Shown: positions 22,001-33,524 of the stretch, piece by piece | How positions within the stretch are numbered: the first letter of the stretch is position 1 | Layout: each line of letters opens with the position of its first letter | Assembly (NCBI GenBank): GCA_022844165.1 | Contig: JALHMH010000001.1 | Span: 192,001-256,000 of the forward strand | DNA: 64,000 nucleotides | From: Lysobacterales bacterium | Lineage (GTDB): Bacteria; Pseudomonadota; Gammaproteobacteria; Xanthomonadales; SZUA-5 | Direction: 5' to 3' | The notes under the pieces: model-generated | The model's input: only the letters and a program-made list of their open reading frames with translations | The model's database searches: none | What the model was told of the DNA's origin: nothing | Translations under genes and position numbers: made by a program

Positions 22001-22309
22001 ATTGCGCTGGCTGGGATCATTGTTCGAAATTCCATCCTGCTCGTGGACTTTGTCAACCACGAAATTGCTAACGGCCGCGATCTTGCCGACGCCGTCGTCG
22101 AGGCCTGCGCCGTGCGTGCGCAGCCGATCGGTCTGACGGCGTTGGCCGCGATGCTGGGCGCGCTGTTCATCCTCGACGACCCGATCTTTAACGGACTCGC
22201 CATCAGCCTGATTTTCGGTATCGCCGTCTCAACGCTGCTGACGCTCGTGATCATCCCGCTGCTCTACTTCGCGTGGTTGCGGCGAAGCCGCCAGGCGGCA
22301 GTGGTTTGA
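19070..22309 (+). CDS. RND efflux permease (AcrB/AcrD/AcrF family)
   Basis: TPREEEPQI, GILVDDAIVVVEN, GIIVRNSILLVD; about 1079 aa. Confidence 0.93.
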   Translation: MSEFRPGVSGRLARAFQSNPLTPVLALAALLLGLVSVLITPREEEPQIDVTMANVFVPFGGSSAHDVEALVSVPLQQKLAEVEGVKHVYAMSRPGMAVVTVEFDVGIPRKDALVRLYNQVFANADFVAPGLGVGPPLVRPMGIDDVPVMGVTLWTDDPERGATELGAVARALETELKRVPGTRDVYTIGAPDRAVVVELDATRLAAHGMTVTELEQALAAANVVLHAGERVDASGTQVPVTAGTFLANANDVADLVLGLREGQPLRLADIATIREAADRPTAYVWHAAGAGAPARMTVPADWAPAVTLAIAKKPGANASDITAAIRERLLALEGALIPEGVFATVTRDYGFTANQKAITLIQKLVFATMAVVLLVMFALGWREAIVVGAAVLLTLAVTLFASWAMGFTINRVSLFALIFSIGILVDDAIVVVENIHRHMMLGGKSLREALPAAVDEIGGPTILATFTVIAALLPMAFVTGLMGPYMRPIPINASVGMLLSLLIALTVTPWLAVKLLSRHYARLGDVGGHGHGGLAARLHGVFNRLMRPFLDATKGGARRSWLFLGIGVAVALAVGLVVVQAVVLKMLPFDNKSELQIVVDLPEGAPLERTNALLLELAVAVRERPEVLDVQGYAGTSAPVNFNGLVRQYYLREGAALGDLQVNLVDKHERDHKSHDLARTWRPALQTIAARYGAALKVVEVPPGPPVLAPLVAEVYGPDAATVRRIATGLEGLARDTEGLVDIDTSLEAPSERETLVVDRVRAARLGVSQQAVAQTLALAVGGVNATYLRDGVARHAIPVRLRLPAGDQARIEELLALKVRAQDGRMIPLVELVEVRREPWEPVLMQKDLLPVVYVTADEAGAVDSPLYGMFSLVGRIDELKVGVPVAQRFFTAPDDPLAFTIKWDGEWQVTWQTFRDMGLAYAAGLVLIYLLIVAQFRSYVVPLVIMAPIPLTVVGVMPGHALLDAQFTATSMIGMIALAGIIVRNSILLVDFVNHEIANGRDLADAVVEACAVRAQPIGLTALAAMLGALFILDDPIFNGLAISLIFGIAVSTLLTLVIIPLLYFAWLRRSRQAAVV

Positions 22310-22329
22310 ACCCAGCGGCCGATATCCAG

Positions 22330-22671
22330 CGATCCGTGAGCGAACCATTCCTGGTTCGCACCAGCAGGCCGTTCCCAACATTCTGCTAGTGTGGTGTTCC
22401 GTAATGACCTTGAACTAATTCCGCGTCTTTCGACCCCATGCAGCGTTGCTTCTCGTCGCCATAGACGAGCTATGTCGTCCGGCCCGGCGGCGCAGCCGCC
22501 GGTCGTTCAAGTCGGCTCGCGGCATGCCGCGAAAGCCACCGACTTTCACCCTCGTCGCGCCTTGCCTGATCGAGCACGTAAGTGCTTGATCCATGGAGCG
22601 CGAGTCTGGACATGTGCCGGACTCGCGACTTGAGAAGCGCACAGGAAGTGCGTTTCTCAACAACGTGCCAG
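22330..22671. mobile_element. Composite MITE remnant: divergent inverted MITE-B left arm, CTAG, truncated MITE-A fused to MITE-B right part
   Basis: 22390-22569 matches the reverse complement of MITE-A; 22570-22667 matches the MITE-B right part; 22330-22385 resembles the MITE-B left end inverted. Confidence 0.85.
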
Positions 22672-22926
22672 AGCCCTTTGGTGATCTGGGAGACGCCTGA
22701 TCTTAATACCGATTGCCTTTGTAACTGCGCTCCCTGTCCCAAGCCAGCCTTCGGCGGTCTTGTGCGCGGATTCGTCGGCCACTGCTCCGCGCCCTGCTAG
22801 AGTAGGGTAGCCCTTCTGACCTGGTCCACGTCAACTCTTCGCTTCGTGCGCGCACGCAAAAAACGTCGACGGAAGCGATCGTTCGTGGCGCCGGATAGCT
22901 CCTATAATCAACAGGTTAAGTACGCC

Positions 22927-23526
22927 ATGCTGTTAATGATCGACAACTACGACAGCTTCACATACAACCTCGTCCAGTACCTGAGTGAGTTGGGGGAAGA
23001 TGTTCGCGTGTATCGCAACGATGTTTTGTCAGTACCCGACATCGAGCGCCTCAATCCACAGCGCATTGTGATATCCCCAGGGCCGTGTACGCCAAACGAA
23101 GCGGGTGTTTCGCTCGATGTCGTGAGGAAATTACAGGGACGAGTGCCGATTTTGGGTGTCTGTCTTGGGCATCAGGCCATTGGTCAGGCCTTCGGGGGCG
23201 AGGTCGTGCGCGCACAGAGAGTCATGCATGGCAAAACCTCATGGATGCACCATGCCGATATTGGCGTGTTTTCCGGGTTGCCGAACCCCTTCCAAGCGAC
23301 GCGCTATCACTCACTGATCGTTCGCAAAGAATGCCTGCCCGATTGTCTTGAGATCACTGCCTGGACGGTAGACGCACAAGGAGAGCCAGACGAAATCATG
23401 GGGCTGCGCCACCGTGAATTGGCGATCGAGGGCGTGCAGTTTCATCCCGAGTCGATCTTGACCGCCTGTGGCAAACAGCTGCTCGCCAACTTCCTCCAGC
23501 GCAGCGCTGGTCGCAAGGCCGCCTGA
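22927..23526 (+). CDS. trpG: Anthranilate/aminodeoxychorismate synthase component II (glutamine amidotransferase)
   Basis: [28 protein letters not shown]; trpG versus pabA not resolvable here. Confidence 0.9.
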   Translation: MLLMIDNYDSFTYNLVQYLSELGEDVRVYRNDVLSVPDIERLNPQRIVISPGPCTPNEAGVSLDVVRKLQGRVPILGVCLGHQAIGQAFGGEVVRAQRVMHGKTSWMHHADIGVFSGLPNPFQATRYHSLIVRKECLPDCLEITAWTVDAQGEPDEIMGLRHRELAIEGVQFHPESILTACGKQLLANFLQRSAGRKAA

Positions 23527-23647
23527 GTTCGGCCTGCAAAATGGCGGTGCACTGGCAGGGGTTTGCCGCAACATTCTTGCAAACTCTGGGGACGGCCCGA
23601 CCCAGGCACTCTTGAGGGCCCGGTTGGTGGTTGGAGGACGAACAGTG

Positions 23648-24100
23648 ATGCAGAACCTTGAGCTACGACGACGCATCGATCGAATATTGAGTGCCCAGCT
23701 GCAGGGCGTGTTGGCGACGCAGCAGCATACTCAGCCTTACACCAGTTTGATGGCGTTCGCACATACTCCCGATCTGCGCTACCTGATCTTTGCGACGTAC
23801 CGAGACACGCAGAAGCATGCCAATCTGCTGCTGAACTCTGCGGTTTCGTTCTTGATCGACGACCGCAGCAACGATCCGGCGGACTATCAGCATGCCGTAG
23901 CGATTTCCGCGTGCGGTCGCGCCCAGACGATTCCACCGGATGAGCTGGCCAATTGTCTGGCCATCTATTTGACGAAACACCCAACGCTGCACGAGTTCGC
24001 GATGTCGCCAGACTGCGCGCTGCTGCGAGTCGCGGTGAACTGTTATCGGGTTGTCAGCCAGTTTCAGTCGACGGATTTGTTGTCGATAGGGAATCCCTGA
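23648..24100 (+). CDS. Pyridoxamine 5'-phosphate oxidase-like (split-barrel) protein
   Basis: GVLAT...PYTSLMAF...TQKHANLLLNSAVSFLID. Confidence 0.8.
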   Translation: MQNLELRRRIDRILSAQLQGVLATQQHTQPYTSLMAFAHTPDLRYLIFATYRDTQKHANLLLNSAVSFLIDDRSNDPADYQHAVAISACGRAQTIPPDELANCLAIYLTKHPTLHEFAMSPDCALLRVAVNCYRVVSQFQSTDLLSIGNP

Positions 24101-24170
24101 TTCCTGGCCCTTAGACCCCGTCGGTGGGCAGAAATGTCGACTTGCAGCCAGCCGCCATTCATTCATTGGG

Positions 24171-24200
24171 TTGACTTCGTTTTTCGCGGACCGCTAAACT
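24171..24200 (+). promoter_or_regulatory. Candidate str operon promoter
   Basis: TTGACT-N18-TAAACT followed by GC-rich discriminator. Confidence 0.6.
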
Positions 24201-24260
24201 CCCGCTTCTCGACAGGTTGCGTTTACGCCCTGTCGTTTGTTTTCTTGGAACGGTGCACAC

Positions 24261-24632
24261 ATGTCGACTGTCAACCAGCTGGTCCGTAAGCCGCGTAGCC
24301 CGAAGACTTTTAAGACGGCTTCTCCGGCGCTGCAAAATAGCCCGCAAAAACGCGGGGTCTGCACTCGCGTCTATACCACGACGCCAAAAAAGCCGAATTC
24401 TGCGTTGCGCAAGGTCGCTAAGGTGCGTCTCGTCAACGGGTTCGAGGTCATCAGCTACATCGGTGGCGAAGGGCACAACTTGCAAGAGCACTCGGTGGTT
24501 CTGATTCGCGGCGGCCGCGTCAAGGATCTGCCGGGCGTTCGATACCACACCGTGCGTGGCTCGCTTGATGCCTCTGGTGTCGCCAAGCGCAAGCAGAGTC
24601 GCTCGAAGTACGGCGCCAAGCGCCCCAAGTAA
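24261..24632 (+). CDS. rpsL: 30S ribosomal protein S12
   Basis: [22 protein letters not shown]. Confidence 0.98.
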   Translation: MSTVNQLVRKPRSPKTFKTASPALQNSPQKRGVCTRVYTTTPKKPNSALRKVAKVRLVNGFEVISYIGGEGHNLQEHSVVLIRGGRVKDLPGVRYHTVRGSLDASGVAKRKQSRSKYGAKRPK

Positions 24633-24649
24633 TCGGATAGAGAAAAGCC

Positions 24650-25117
24650 ATGTCCCGCAAAGGTTCGCATCCCGCTCGTGAAGTGTTGCCCGATCCGAAG
24701 TTCGGCAACGTTGTCATCGCTCGTTTCGTTAACATGATCATGCGCCACGGAAAAAAGGCGGTGGCCGAAAGCATCCTTTACGGTGCGATCGATGAAATTA
24801 AGAACAAAAATAGCGATGCGATCGGTTTGATCGAAAAGGCACTCGGCAACGTCGCGCCTTCGGTCGAGGTCAAGTCGCGTCGCGTTGGTGGCGCAACATA
24901 TCAGGTACCCGTGGAAGTTCGACCAGCTCGTCGTCATGCCTTAGCGATGCGCTGGTTGATTGACTCGGCGCGCAAGCGTGGAGAGACATCCATGCCGCGC
25001 CGCCTGGCCGGAGAACTTCTGGATGCGTCCGAGAGCCGCGGCGCCGCAGTCAAGAAGCGCGAAGAAACGCATCGTATGGCGGAAGCCAATAAGGCGTTCT
25101 CTCACTATCGGTGGTAA
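24650..25117 (+). CDS. rpsG: 30S ribosomal protein S7
   Basis: [21 protein letters not shown]. Confidence 0.98.
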   Translation: MSRKGSHPAREVLPDPKFGNVVIARFVNMIMRHGKKAVAESILYGAIDEIKNKNSDAIGLIEKALGNVAPSVEVKSRRVGGATYQVPVEVRPARRHALAMRWLIDSARKRGETSMPRRLAGELLDASESRGAAVKKREETHRMAEANKAFSHYRW

Positions 25118-25277
25118 GACGCTGTCTCTGTGCCGATCGTTGGTTGTTGGTTTCGAATCTGGCCGAGGGCCGTTCGATTGCCCAACAGCCAGCGAGCTCG
25201 GCTGTAGTTTTGACGTCCATGGCCAATGTTAAGCAATCCATACTCGTTCTAAGGTCGACAGGAAAGGATTTGTTGCC

Positions 25278-27368
25278 GTGGCTCGCGAAACACCCATCGA
25301 GCGATATCGCAATTTTGGCATCATGGCGCACATTGATGCCGGCAAGACGACAACGACTGAGCGCATCCTGTACTACACCGGAGTGAATCACAAGATCGGT
25401 GAGGTTCACGAGGGTGCGGCCACGATGGACTGGATGGAGCAGGAGCAAGAGCGCGGCATTACGATCACATCCGCTGCGACAACTTGCTTTTGGCGTGGTA
25501 TGGACCAGTCCTTCGCGCAGCATCGGTTCAACATTATTGATACGCCCGGGCACGTCGATTTCACGATCGAGGTTGAGCGCAGTTTGCGCGTGCTTGATGG
25601 CGCAGTTTTTGTGCTTTGTGCTGTCGGTGGTGTCCAGCCGCAATCAGAAACAGTGTGGCGCCAGGCAAACAAGTATGGCGTTCCGCGATTGGCGTTCGTC
25701 AACAAGATGGATCGCGCCGGTGCTGACTTTGATAAGGTAGTAGCTCAGCTGAAGTCGCGATTGGGCGCCAATCCTGTGCCGATGCAAGTACCGATTGGCG
25801 CTGAGGAAAACTTCGAGGGCATCGTCGATCTGCTCAAGATGAAAGCCATCCATTGGGACATGGCTTCGCAAGGCATGAAGTTCGAGTACCGCGAGATCCC
25901 GCGCGATTTGCTTGGCCTATGTCAGAAAGCGCGCGAGTACATGGTCGAAGCGGCTGCAGAATGCACCGAAGAGCTGATGAACAAGTATCTCGAAGGTGAA
26001 GAGCTTAGCGAGGACGAGATCATCAGTGGGCTGCGGATGGGCACAATCTCGACCAGACTGATCCCGGTGTTCTGCGGGACTGCCTTTAAGAACAAAGGCG
26101 TGCAAGCAATGCTGGACGCCGTTGTTGCATTTCTGCCTTCGCCGGTCGATCGGCCGGCGGTGAAGGGCATCGATGAACGAGACAAAGAGACTGCGCGCCA
26201 AGCCGCAGATGGCGATTCGTTCTCCGCGCTCGCCTTCAAAATAGCCACCGATCCGTATGTAGGGACACTGACCTTCTTCAGGGTTTACTCCGGCGTGCTG
26301 AATTCTGGCGATACGGTCTACAACCCGATCAAGGGTCGTAAGGAGCGCATTGGTCGGCTGCTGCAAATGCATGCGAACCAGCGCGAGGAGATTAAAGAGG
26401 TCCGCGCAGGCGATATCGCAGCGGCCGTCGGGCTGAAAGACGTCACCACAGGTGAGACCTTGTGTGCGCTGGACAACGTGATCACGTTGGAACGTATGGT
26501 GTTTCCAGAGCCGGTGATTGCCATGGCGATAGAGCCAAAAACCAAGCCAGATCAGGAAAAAATGGGAATCGCGCTGTCTCGCCTTGCCCAGGAAGATCCG
26601 TCGTTCCGCGTCCGCACCGACGAAGAGTCGGGCCAGACCATCATCGCGGGAATGGGCGAGCTGCACCTTGAAATTATCGTCGATCGTATGCGCCGTGAAT
26701 TCAGCGTCGAGGCAAACGTCGGCAAGCCGCAGGTTGCATACCGGGAGACGATTCGTCGCGCCGTCAAGCAAGAGGGTAAATTCGTACGCCAGTCAGGCGG
26801 ACGTGGGCAATACGGACACGTTGTGCTTGAGATCGAGCCCCGCCAGCGCGGAGAGGGTTATGTTTTCGAAAACGGGATTGTCGGTGGAGTCGTGCCCAAG
26901 GAATACATACCGGCGGTAGATAAAGGCATCCAGGAAGCAGTCGCTTCGGGTGTGATGGCGGGGTTCCCGATTGTCGACGTCAAAGTACGCATCGTCGATG
27001 GGTCCTACCATGAAGTCGACTCGAACGAAATGGCATTCAAGATCGCAGGTTCTATGGGCTTCAAAGAAGGCTTCATGAAAGCCTCACCAGTGCTGCTGGA
27101 GCCGATCATGAAAGTCGAAGTGCTGACGCCGGAAGACTACATGGGCGATGTCATGGGCGATATTTCGCGGCGTCGCGGTGTGCTGCAAGGCAGCGACGAT
27201 TCCCCGTCGGGGAAGGTGGTGAATGCGAACGTACCGCTCGGCGAGATGTTCGGTTACGCGACGCAGTTGCGGTCGATGACCCAGGGGCGCGCAACATTCA
27301 CGATGGAATTTGATCATTACGCAGAGGCGCCGAACAACATCGCCGAAGCAGTGATGAAAAAATCCTGA
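25278..27368 (+). CDS. fusA: Elongation factor G
   Basis: [21 protein letters not shown]. Confidence 0.98.
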   Translation: MARETPIERYRNFGIMAHIDAGKTTTTERILYYTGVNHKIGEVHEGAATMDWMEQEQERGITITSAATTCFWRGMDQSFAQHRFNIIDTPGHVDFTIEVERSLRVLDGAVFVLCAVGGVQPQSETVWRQANKYGVPRLAFVNKMDRAGADFDKVVAQLKSRLGANPVPMQVPIGAEENFEGIVDLLKMKAIHWDMASQGMKFEYREIPRDLLGLCQKAREYMVEAAAECTEELMNKYLEGEELSEDEIISGLRMGTISTRLIPVFCGTAFKNKGVQAMLDAVVAFLPSPVDRPAVKGIDERDKETARQAADGDSFSALAFKIATDPYVGTLTFFRVYSGVLNSGDTVYNPIKGRKERIGRLLQMHANQREEIKEVRAGDIAAAVGLKDVTTGETLCALDNVITLERMVFPEPVIAMAIEPKTKPDQEKMGIALSRLAQEDPSFRVRTDEESGQTIIAGMGELHLEIIVDRMRREFSVEANVGKPQVAYRETIRRAVKQEGKFVRQSGGRGQYGHVVLEIEPRQRGEGYVFENGIVGGVVPKEYIPAVDKGIQEAVASGVMAGFPIVDVKVRIVDGSYHEVDSNEMAFKIAGSMGFKEGFMKASPVLLEPIMKVEVLTPEDYMGDVMGDISRRRGVLQGSDDSPSGKVVNANVPLGEMFGYATQLRSMTQGRATFTMEFDHYAEAPNNIAEAVMKKS

Positions 27369-27411
27369 TCGTACTCAAATTCATTTCAATTCATCAAAAG
27401 GTTAGTACGCC

Positions 27412-28602
27412 ATGAGCAAGGGTAAATTCGAGCGCACCAAGCCGCACGTGAACGTGGGGACGATTGGGCATGTGGATCACGGCAAGACGACGCTGACAGC
27501 GGCGCTGACGAAGATTGGCGCAGAGCGGTTCGGCGGCGAGTTCAAGGCCTACGATCAGATCGACAAGGCGCCGGAAGAAAAAGCGCGCGGCATCACGATT
27601 TCGACGGCGCATGTCGAGTACGAATCGCCGAATCGCCACTATGCGCACGTCGATTGCCCTGGCCACGCCGACTACGTGAAGAACATGATCACCGGAGCGG
27701 CGCAGATGGACGGTGCGATTCTGGTGTGTTCGGCCGCTGACGGCCCGATGCCGCAAACGCGCGAGCACATTCTGCTGTCGCGTCAGGTGGGCGTGCCGTA
27801 CATCGTCGTGTACTTGAACAAGGCCGACATGGTCGACGACGCCGAGCTTCTTGAGCTGGTCGAGATGGAAGTTCGCGAGCTGTTGAGCAAGTACGATTTC
27901 CCGGGCGACGACACGCCGATCATCAAGGGTTCGGCACTCAAGGCACTGGAAGGCGACCAGAGCGAGATTGGTGTGCCGTCGATCATTAAGCTGGTCGAGG
28001 CGCTGGACACGTACATTCCGGAGCCGCAGCGTGACATTGACAAGCCGTTCCTGATGCCAGTGGAAGACGTGTTCTCGATCTCGGGTCGTGGCACGGTCGT
28101 TACTGGTCGCGTTGAGCGCGGCATCGTCAAGGTGGGTGAGGAAATCGAGATTGTGGGATTGAAGGCCACGATCAAGACGATCGTGACGGGCGTTGAGATG
28201 TTCCGCAAGCTGCTGGATCAAGGTCAGGCGGGCGACAACGTGGGTTTGCTGCTGCGCGGCACGAAGCGCGACGACGTTGAGCGTGGTCAGGTGATCTGCA
28301 AGCCAGGTTCGATCACGCCGCACACCAAGTTCGAAGCAGAGGTGTACGTGCTGAGCAAGGACGAGGGTGGGCGTCACACGCCGTTCTTCAAGGGTTACCG
28401 TCCGCAGTTTTACTTCCGCACGACGGACGTGACGGGCAATTGCGAGTTGCCGGAAGGCGTCGAGATGGTGATGCCGGGCGACAACGTGAAGATGGTGGTG
28501 TCGCTGATCCAGCCGATCGCGATGGAAGACGGCTTACGCTTCGCGATTCGCGAAGGCGGCCGTACCGTCGGTGCCGGAGTCGTTGCCAAGGTGATCGAGT
28601 GA
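27412..28602 (+). CDS. tuf: Elongation factor Tu
   Basis: [17 protein letters not shown]. Confidence 0.99.
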   Translation: MSKGKFERTKPHVNVGTIGHVDHGKTTLTAALTKIGAERFGGEFKAYDQIDKAPEEKARGITISTAHVEYESPNRHYAHVDCPGHADYVKNMITGAAQMDGAILVCSAADGPMPQTREHILLSRQVGVPYIVVYLNKADMVDDAELLELVEMEVRELLSKYDFPGDDTPIIKGSALKALEGDQSEIGVPSIIKLVEALDTYIPEPQRDIDKPFLMPVEDVFSISGRGTVVTGRVERGIVKVGEEIEIVGLKATIKTIVTGVEMFRKLLDQGQAGDNVGLLLRGTKRDDVERGQVICKPGSITPHTKFEAEVYVLSKDEGGRHTPFFKGYRPQFYFRTTDVTGNCELPEGVEMVMPGDNVKMVVSLIQPIAMEDGLRFAIREGGRTVGAGVVAKVIE

Positions 28603-28755
28603 GATCGGCGATGGCGCGCGCCGTAAGGCGCGTGCCTTGCCGCATGACTGACGGCGAAGTCGTTGGGGTCCGTGAAAGCTCGCGAAGCAGCGACTGCTTC
28701 CTGAACGCAACCCAGTCAGAGAATTGAACGCACTCTAAATGAGCGCAAAAAGTAG

Positions 28756-28784
28756 TTGAAAAGGAAATGGCCGCAGCGTAGATT
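28756..28784 (+). promoter_or_regulatory. Candidate S10 operon promoter
   Basis: TTGAAA-N17-TAGATT, A-rich upstream, GC-rich discriminator. Confidence 0.55.
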
Positions 28785-29057
28785 TCGCGGCCCTTTGAAG
28801 CGGTTCCAACGGCATCGCCGATGGGCCGAGAAAGGACCAGGGCAGGACGATCATCAGTGGCAGGCGGCGCCAGGCGCTGTCTTTGCAAGCCGGTGTGAAC
28901 AGGAGTTCCACGGCAAGCAGGCACGGGCGGCCAGTACAGCGCTCCGAAATCGCAACTTGATCGATTGCTCAATTAAAAACATTGGCGGTGGGGCGCAAGC
29001 TCATGGATGTGGCGAACGTGCGAGATGCACGGCGTGAACACCGCTACGGAGAGAGAA

Positions 29058-29372
29058 ATGGCACAGCAACAGCGAATTCGAATTCGGCTGAAGGCGTTCG
29101 ATCATCGTTTGATCGATCGGTCTGCCAGCGAAATTGTTGAGACCGCGAAGCGCACCGGCGCTCAAGTCCGCGGTCCTATCCCTCTTCCGACCAAGATCGA
29201 GCGCTATACCGTGCTCGTCTCGCCGCACGTCGATAAAGACGCTCGGGACCAGTACGAGACGCGAACGCACAAGCGCGTGATGGATATCGTCGACCCCAAC
29301 GACAAGACCGTGGACGCGCTGATGAAGCTCGACCTCGCGGCGGGCGTCGACGTTCAGATCAAGTTGTACTGA
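29058..29372 (+). CDS. rpsJ: 30S ribosomal protein S10
   Basis: [22 protein letters not shown]. Confidence 0.98.
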   Translation: MAQQQRIRIRLKAFDHRLIDRSASEIVETAKRTGAQVRGPIPLPTKIERYTVLVSPHVDKDARDQYETRTHKRVMDIVDPNDKTVDALMKLDLAAGVDVQIKLY

Positions 29373-29382
29373 GGGCCGCGCG

Positions 29383-30024
29383 ATGAGCATCGGATTAGTG
29401 GGCCGTAAGGCCGGAATGACCCGCATCTTCACTGAGAATGGTGAATCGGTGCCGGTGTCGGTGATCGAGGTTGAGGCCAACCGCGTCACCCAAGTCAAAA
29501 CCGTCGACAACGACGGCTATAACGCCATTCAAGTGACCACCGGCACGCGCCGTCCGGCGCTGGTGAGCAAGCCGGCTGCTGGCGTCTTTGCCAAGGCAAA
29601 AACCGGTCCGGGTCGCGGATTCTGGGAATTCCGCTTGAATGACAGCGATGTCGGCAAGTTCGAACCCGGTGCCGAAATCAAGGCGGATATTTTCAGCGAA
29701 GGGCAGATCGTCGACGTGGCAGGTGTCACGCGTGGCAAGGGCTTTGCCGGCACCATTAAGCGTTGGAACTTCACGATGGGCGACGCAACTCACGGTAACT
29801 CTTTGAGCCATCGTTCTCCGGGTTCTATCGGTCAGCGCCAAACGCCGGGACGAGTGTTCAAGGGCAAGAAGATGGCCGGTCATATGGGCAATGCCAACGA
29901 GACCGTGCAGAACCTTAGAGTCGTGCGCGTAGACGCTGAGCGGAATCTTCTGCTCGTGCGTGGCGCCATTCCGGGAGCTCCAGGCGGCGACGTGATCGTC
30001 CGCCCGGCGTCCAAGTCGCGCTAA
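29383..30024 (+). CDS. rplC: 50S ribosomal protein L3
   Basis: [23 protein letters not shown]. Confidence 0.98.
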   Translation: MSIGLVGRKAGMTRIFTENGESVPVSVIEVEANRVTQVKTVDNDGYNAIQVTTGTRRPALVSKPAAGVFAKAKTGPGRGFWEFRLNDSDVGKFEPGAEIKADIFSEGQIVDVAGVTRGKGFAGTIKRWNFTMGDATHGNSLSHRSPGSIGQRQTPGRVFKGKKMAGHMGNANETVQNLRVVRVDAERNLLLVRGAIPGAPGGDVIVRPASKSR

Positions 30025-30036
30025 AGGATCGATGCC

Positions 30037-30636
30037 ATGGAATTGAATGTTTCGGGCGCGAGCCCAGTAGCGGTCTCGGAGACGGTGTTCAACCGTCCGT
30101 ATAGTGAGGCCCTTGTACATCAGGTGGTGACCGCATATCGCAATGCGGGTCGTGCCGGCACCAAGCGCCAAAAGTCGCGCTCGGATCTATCGGGTACCAC
30201 CAAGAAGTTCAAAAAACAGAAAGGTGGCGGTGCACGACACGGTGACTATCGCGCACCGATTTTTGTCGGTGGTGGTGTTGCGTTCGCAGCCAGGCCGAGG
30301 AGTTTTGCGCAGAAAGTCAACCGCAAAATGTATCGCGGCGCGATGCAGGCGATCCTGTCCGAATTGGTCCGTCAGGACCGTTTGACGGTCGTTGGATCCT
30401 TCGACCTGACCGAAGCCAAAACCAAGAGTTTTGTCTCCAAGCTTGGCGAGATCGGCGTCACGAAGGGGCTGATCGTCTCCGAGGAAGTGAGCCAAAACGT
30501 TTATCTGGCCTCACGCAACATCGTTGGCGTCGACGTTGTCGACGTGCACGGTATGGATCCGGTATCGCTGGTGGACGCGGACAAAGTTGTGCTCACTTTG
30601 GGCGCAGTGAAGAAGATTGAGGAGTGGCTGGCATGA
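30037..30636 (+). CDS. rplD: 50S ribosomal protein L4
   Basis: LVHQVVTAY...KVNRKMYR; operon position. Confidence 0.97.
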   Translation: MELNVSGASPVAVSETVFNRPYSEALVHQVVTAYRNAGRAGTKRQKSRSDLSGTTKKFKKQKGGGARHGDYRAPIFVGGGVAFAARPRSFAQKVNRKMYRGAMQAILSELVRQDRLTVVGSFDLTEAKTKSFVSKLGEIGVTKGLIVSEEVSQNVYLASRNIVGVDVVDVHGMDPVSLVDADKVVLTLGAVKKIEEWLA

Positions 30637-30929
30637 GCACGGAAAGACTGCTAAATGTGCTGATCGCGCCGCGAATCTCCGAGAAGACCGCGCGCATTCA
30701 GGCAGATCACAACCAATATGTTTTCCAGGTTGCAACAAGCGCCACCAAAGCCGATGTCAAGAGCGCAGTGGAATCGCTCTTCAGCGTCAAGGTCACGGGC
30801 GTCCAGGTGTTGAATGTCAAAGGCAAGACCAAGGGATTTCGAGGTCGAGCCGGCAAACGCGCCGATTGGCGGAAAGCGTACGTGACGCTGGCCGAAGGCC
30901 AGTCCATCCAGTTTGGCGCGCAGCCCTAA
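30633..30929 (+). CDS. rplW: 50S ribosomal protein L23
   Basis: [14 protein letters not shown]. Confidence 0.97.
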   Translation: MSTERLLNVLIAPRISEKTARIQADHNQYVFQVATSATKADVKSAVESLFSVKVTGVQVLNVKGKTKGFRGRAGKRADWRKAYVTLAEGQSIQFGAQP

Positions 30930-30943
30930 GCGGAGATTGAGCG

Positions 30944-31771
30944 ATGCCATTACAGAAAGTTAAGCCAACATCCGCCGGGCGCCGCGCAGTCATCCGCGTC
31001 GTCCATCCGGATCTGCACAAGGGCGGTCCTTACAAGCCGCTCACGGAGCCGCAAGACAAGACCGGTGGGCGCAACCATCACGGTCGAATTACCACTCGTC
31101 ATCGCGGTGGCGGCTCACGGCAGCATTACCGCATGATCGACTTCAAGCGTGACAAGGACGGTATTGCTGCCACTGTTGAGCGCGTCGAGTACGATCCGAA
31201 CCGAACAGCCCACATCGCACTGTTGCTGTATGTCGACGGTGAACGTCGCTACATCATTGCGCCGAAGGGCATTAAGGCGGGAGACGCACTTTTGTCGGGC
31301 CGCGATGCGCCGATCAAAAATGGCAACTGTTTGCCACTGCGCAACATGCCGATCGGTTCGACGGTACATTGTGTGGAGATGAAGCCAGGTAAGGGCGCAC
31401 AGTTGGCGCGGTCCGCTGGCAGTTCAGTGCAACTGGTCGCACGCGAACAAGGTTACGCAACACTGCGTTTGCGCTCCGGCGAAATGCGAAAAGTTCCGGC
31501 AGATTGCCGTGCCTGCGTGGGCGAAGTGTCCAACTCAGAACACAACCTTGAAAGTCTGGGCAAAGCTGGTGCGAAGCGTTGGCGCGGAATCCGCCCAACC
31601 GTTCGCGGCGCAGCAATGAACCCAGTCGACCATCCGCATGGTGGTGGTGAAGGTCGCTCCGGTCAGGGCAACCCACATCCGGTCAGCCCCTGGGGCACGC
31701 CGGCCAAGGGTTACAAGACCCGCAAGAACAAGCGCACGAACGTGTTCATCGTTCGCCGTCGCAACGGCTAA
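30944..31771 (+). CDS. rplB: 50S ribosomal protein L2
   Basis: [21 protein letters not shown]. Confidence 0.98.
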   Translation: MPLQKVKPTSAGRRAVIRVVHPDLHKGGPYKPLTEPQDKTGGRNHHGRITTRHRGGGSRQHYRMIDFKRDKDGIAATVERVEYDPNRTAHIALLLYVDGERRYIIAPKGIKAGDALLSGRDAPIKNGNCLPLRNMPIGSTVHCVEMKPGKGAQLARSAGSSVQLVAREQGYATLRLRSGEMRKVPADCRACVGEVSNSEHNLESLGKAGAKRWRGIRPTVRGAAMNPVDHPHGGGEGRSGQGNPHPVSPWGTPAKGYKTRKNKRTNVFIVRRRNG

Positions 31772-31786
31772 TGGAAGGTTAGATAT

Positions 31787-32062
31787 ATGGCACGTTCACT
31801 TAAAAAGGGCCCGTTCGCCGACTTGCACCTTCTCAAGAAGGTTGAGGCGGCGTCGGCCAGCAACAGTAAGAAGCCGATCAAGACCTGGTCGCGTCGATCG
31901 ATGATTCTGCCCGAAATGGTTGGATTGACCATTGCCGTGCACAATGGACGATTGCACGTTCCGGTCATCGTCAACGAGAACATGGTCGGGCACAAGCTTG
32001 GTGAGTTCGCCCCAACGCGTACGTTTAAAGGTCACTCCGGTGACAAGAAGGCAGGGAAGTAA
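31787..32062 (+). CDS. rpsS: 30S ribosomal protein S19
   Basis: KTWSRRS, GHKLGEF. Confidence 0.98.
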   Translation: MARSLKKGPFADLHLLKKVEAASASNSKKPIKTWSRRSMILPEMVGLTIAVHNGRLHVPVIVNENMVGHKLGEFAPTRTFKGHSGDKKAGK

Positions 32063-32064
32063 AC

Positions 32065-32406
32065 ATGGAAACGCGTGCAATTCTGCGTACTGCCCGTATT
32101 TCGGCGCAAAAAGTGCGGCTCGTCGCGGACCAGGTTCGCGGCTTATCGGTGGGACCTGCCGAGCAACTGCTGCAATTCAGCCCAAAGAAAGCGGCAGGTA
32201 TCGTGCGCAAGGTTCTGCTTTCGGCAGTCTCGAATGCAGAAAATAACAACGGCGCGGACGTTGATGAGCTCAAGGTCACCAAGATCTTTGTTGACGAAGG
32301 CCCGCAGCTGAAGCGTATGCACGCCCGGGCCAAAGGCCGAGGCAATCGAATCATCAAGCGCACGAGCCACATCACAGTCGTCGTCGGCGACGGTCGCGCG
32401 AGCTAA
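32065..32406 (+). CDS. rplV: 50S ribosomal protein L22
   Basis: [18 protein letters not shown]. Confidence 0.98.
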   Translation: METRAILRTARISAQKVRLVADQVRGLSVGPAEQLLQFSPKKAAGIVRKVLLSAVSNAENNNGADVDELKVTKIFVDEGPQLKRMHARAKGRGNRIIKRTSHITVVVGDGRAS

Positions 32407-32417
32407 AGGGATTATTC

Positions 32418-33098
32418 ATGGGTCACAAAGTCAATCCAATCGGCATCCGTCTCGGCATTTCGCGCGAGTGGAATTCTAAGTGGTATGCCGGGCGCAAAGA
32501 GTTCGCTGAGTACCTGAAGGCCGATTTGAAAGCACGCGAGTATTTGCGTACGCGACTCAGCCAGGCAGGAATCAGCCGTATTCAAATCGAGCGTCCGGCT
32601 AAGACGGCTCGAGTGACGATCTTTTCGGCTCGCCCAGGTGTGGTGATTGGCAAAAAGGGTGAGGACATCGAGAAGCTGCGTCGGGATGTCTCCGAGTTGA
32701 TGGGCGTTCCGACCCACGTCAATGTTTCCGAAATCCGTAAGCCGGAGTTGGACTCGCAGCTGGTCGCCGAGTCGATTACTCAGCAGCTTGAGCGGCGCAT
32801 CATGTTCCGTCGAGCGATGAAGCGTGCTGTGCAAAACGCGATGCGCTTGGGCGCTTTAGGCGTCAAAGTCCACATTTCGGGCCGATTGAACGGTGCCGAA
32901 ATCGCACGCTCGGAGTGGTATCGCGAAGGACGCGTCCCATTGCACACCCTGCGCGCGGATATCGACTACGGCTTTGCAGAAGCGAAGACCACGTACGGGA
33001 TCATTGGCGTCAAAGTTTGGATTTACCGCGGCGACGTGTTTGACCTTTACGCGCCGCAAGCTGACGCCAAGGCCGAACAACGGCCTGCGGCGAAGTAA
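32418..33098 (+). CDS. rpsC: 30S ribosomal protein S3
   Basis: [26 protein letters not shown]. Confidence 0.98.
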   Translation: MGHKVNPIGIRLGISREWNSKWYAGRKEFAEYLKADLKAREYLRTRLSQAGISRIQIERPAKTARVTIFSARPGVVIGKKGEDIEKLRRDVSELMGVPTHVNVSEIRKPELDSQLVAESITQQLERRIMFRRAMKRAVQNAMRLGALGVKVHISGRLNGAEIARSEWYREGRVPLHTLRADIDYGFAEAKTTYGIIGVKVWIYRGDVFDLYAPQADAKAEQRPAAK

Positions 33099-33110
33099 GG
33101 AGCATTCAAA

Positions 33111-33524
33111 ATGTTGCAACCTTCACGCACCAAGTATCGCAAGCAGTTCAAGGGACGCAATGGTGGCCTTTGCCATGTCGCCAATGCAGTAAGCTTTGGC
33201 AATTACGGCCTCAAGGCTGTGGAGCATGGTCGCCTGACCGCTCGCCAGATCGAATCCGCTCGCCGCACCATTTCGCGCTTCGTCAAGCGCGGTGGCAAGT
33301 TGTGGATTCGGGTGTTTCCGGACAAGCCGATCAGCAAGAAGCCAATCGAAGTTCGAATGGGCGCAGGTAAAGGCAACGTTGAGTACTATGTTGCGCAAAT
33401 TCAGCCTGGTCGAATGATTTATGAAATGGAAGGCGTCACCGAACAGCAAGCGCGCGAGGCATTCGCGTTAGCCGCGGCGAAGCTCTCCGTCAAAACCACT
33501 TTTGTAACGCGGTCGGTGATGTGA
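33111..33524 (+). CDS. rplP: 50S ribosomal protein L16
   Basis: [18 protein letters not shown]. Confidence 0.98.
   Translation: MLQPSRTKYRKQFKGRNGGLCHVANAVSFGNYGLKAVEHGRLTARQIESARRTISRFVKRGGKLWIRVFPDKPISKKPIEVRMGAGKGNVEYYVAQIQPGRMIYEMEGVTEQQAREAFALAAAKLSVKTTFVTRSVM

Noticed and set aside
24261-24632. Streptomycin-resistance allele of rpsL
   Set aside because: The PKKPNS and RVKDLP motifs are wild type.
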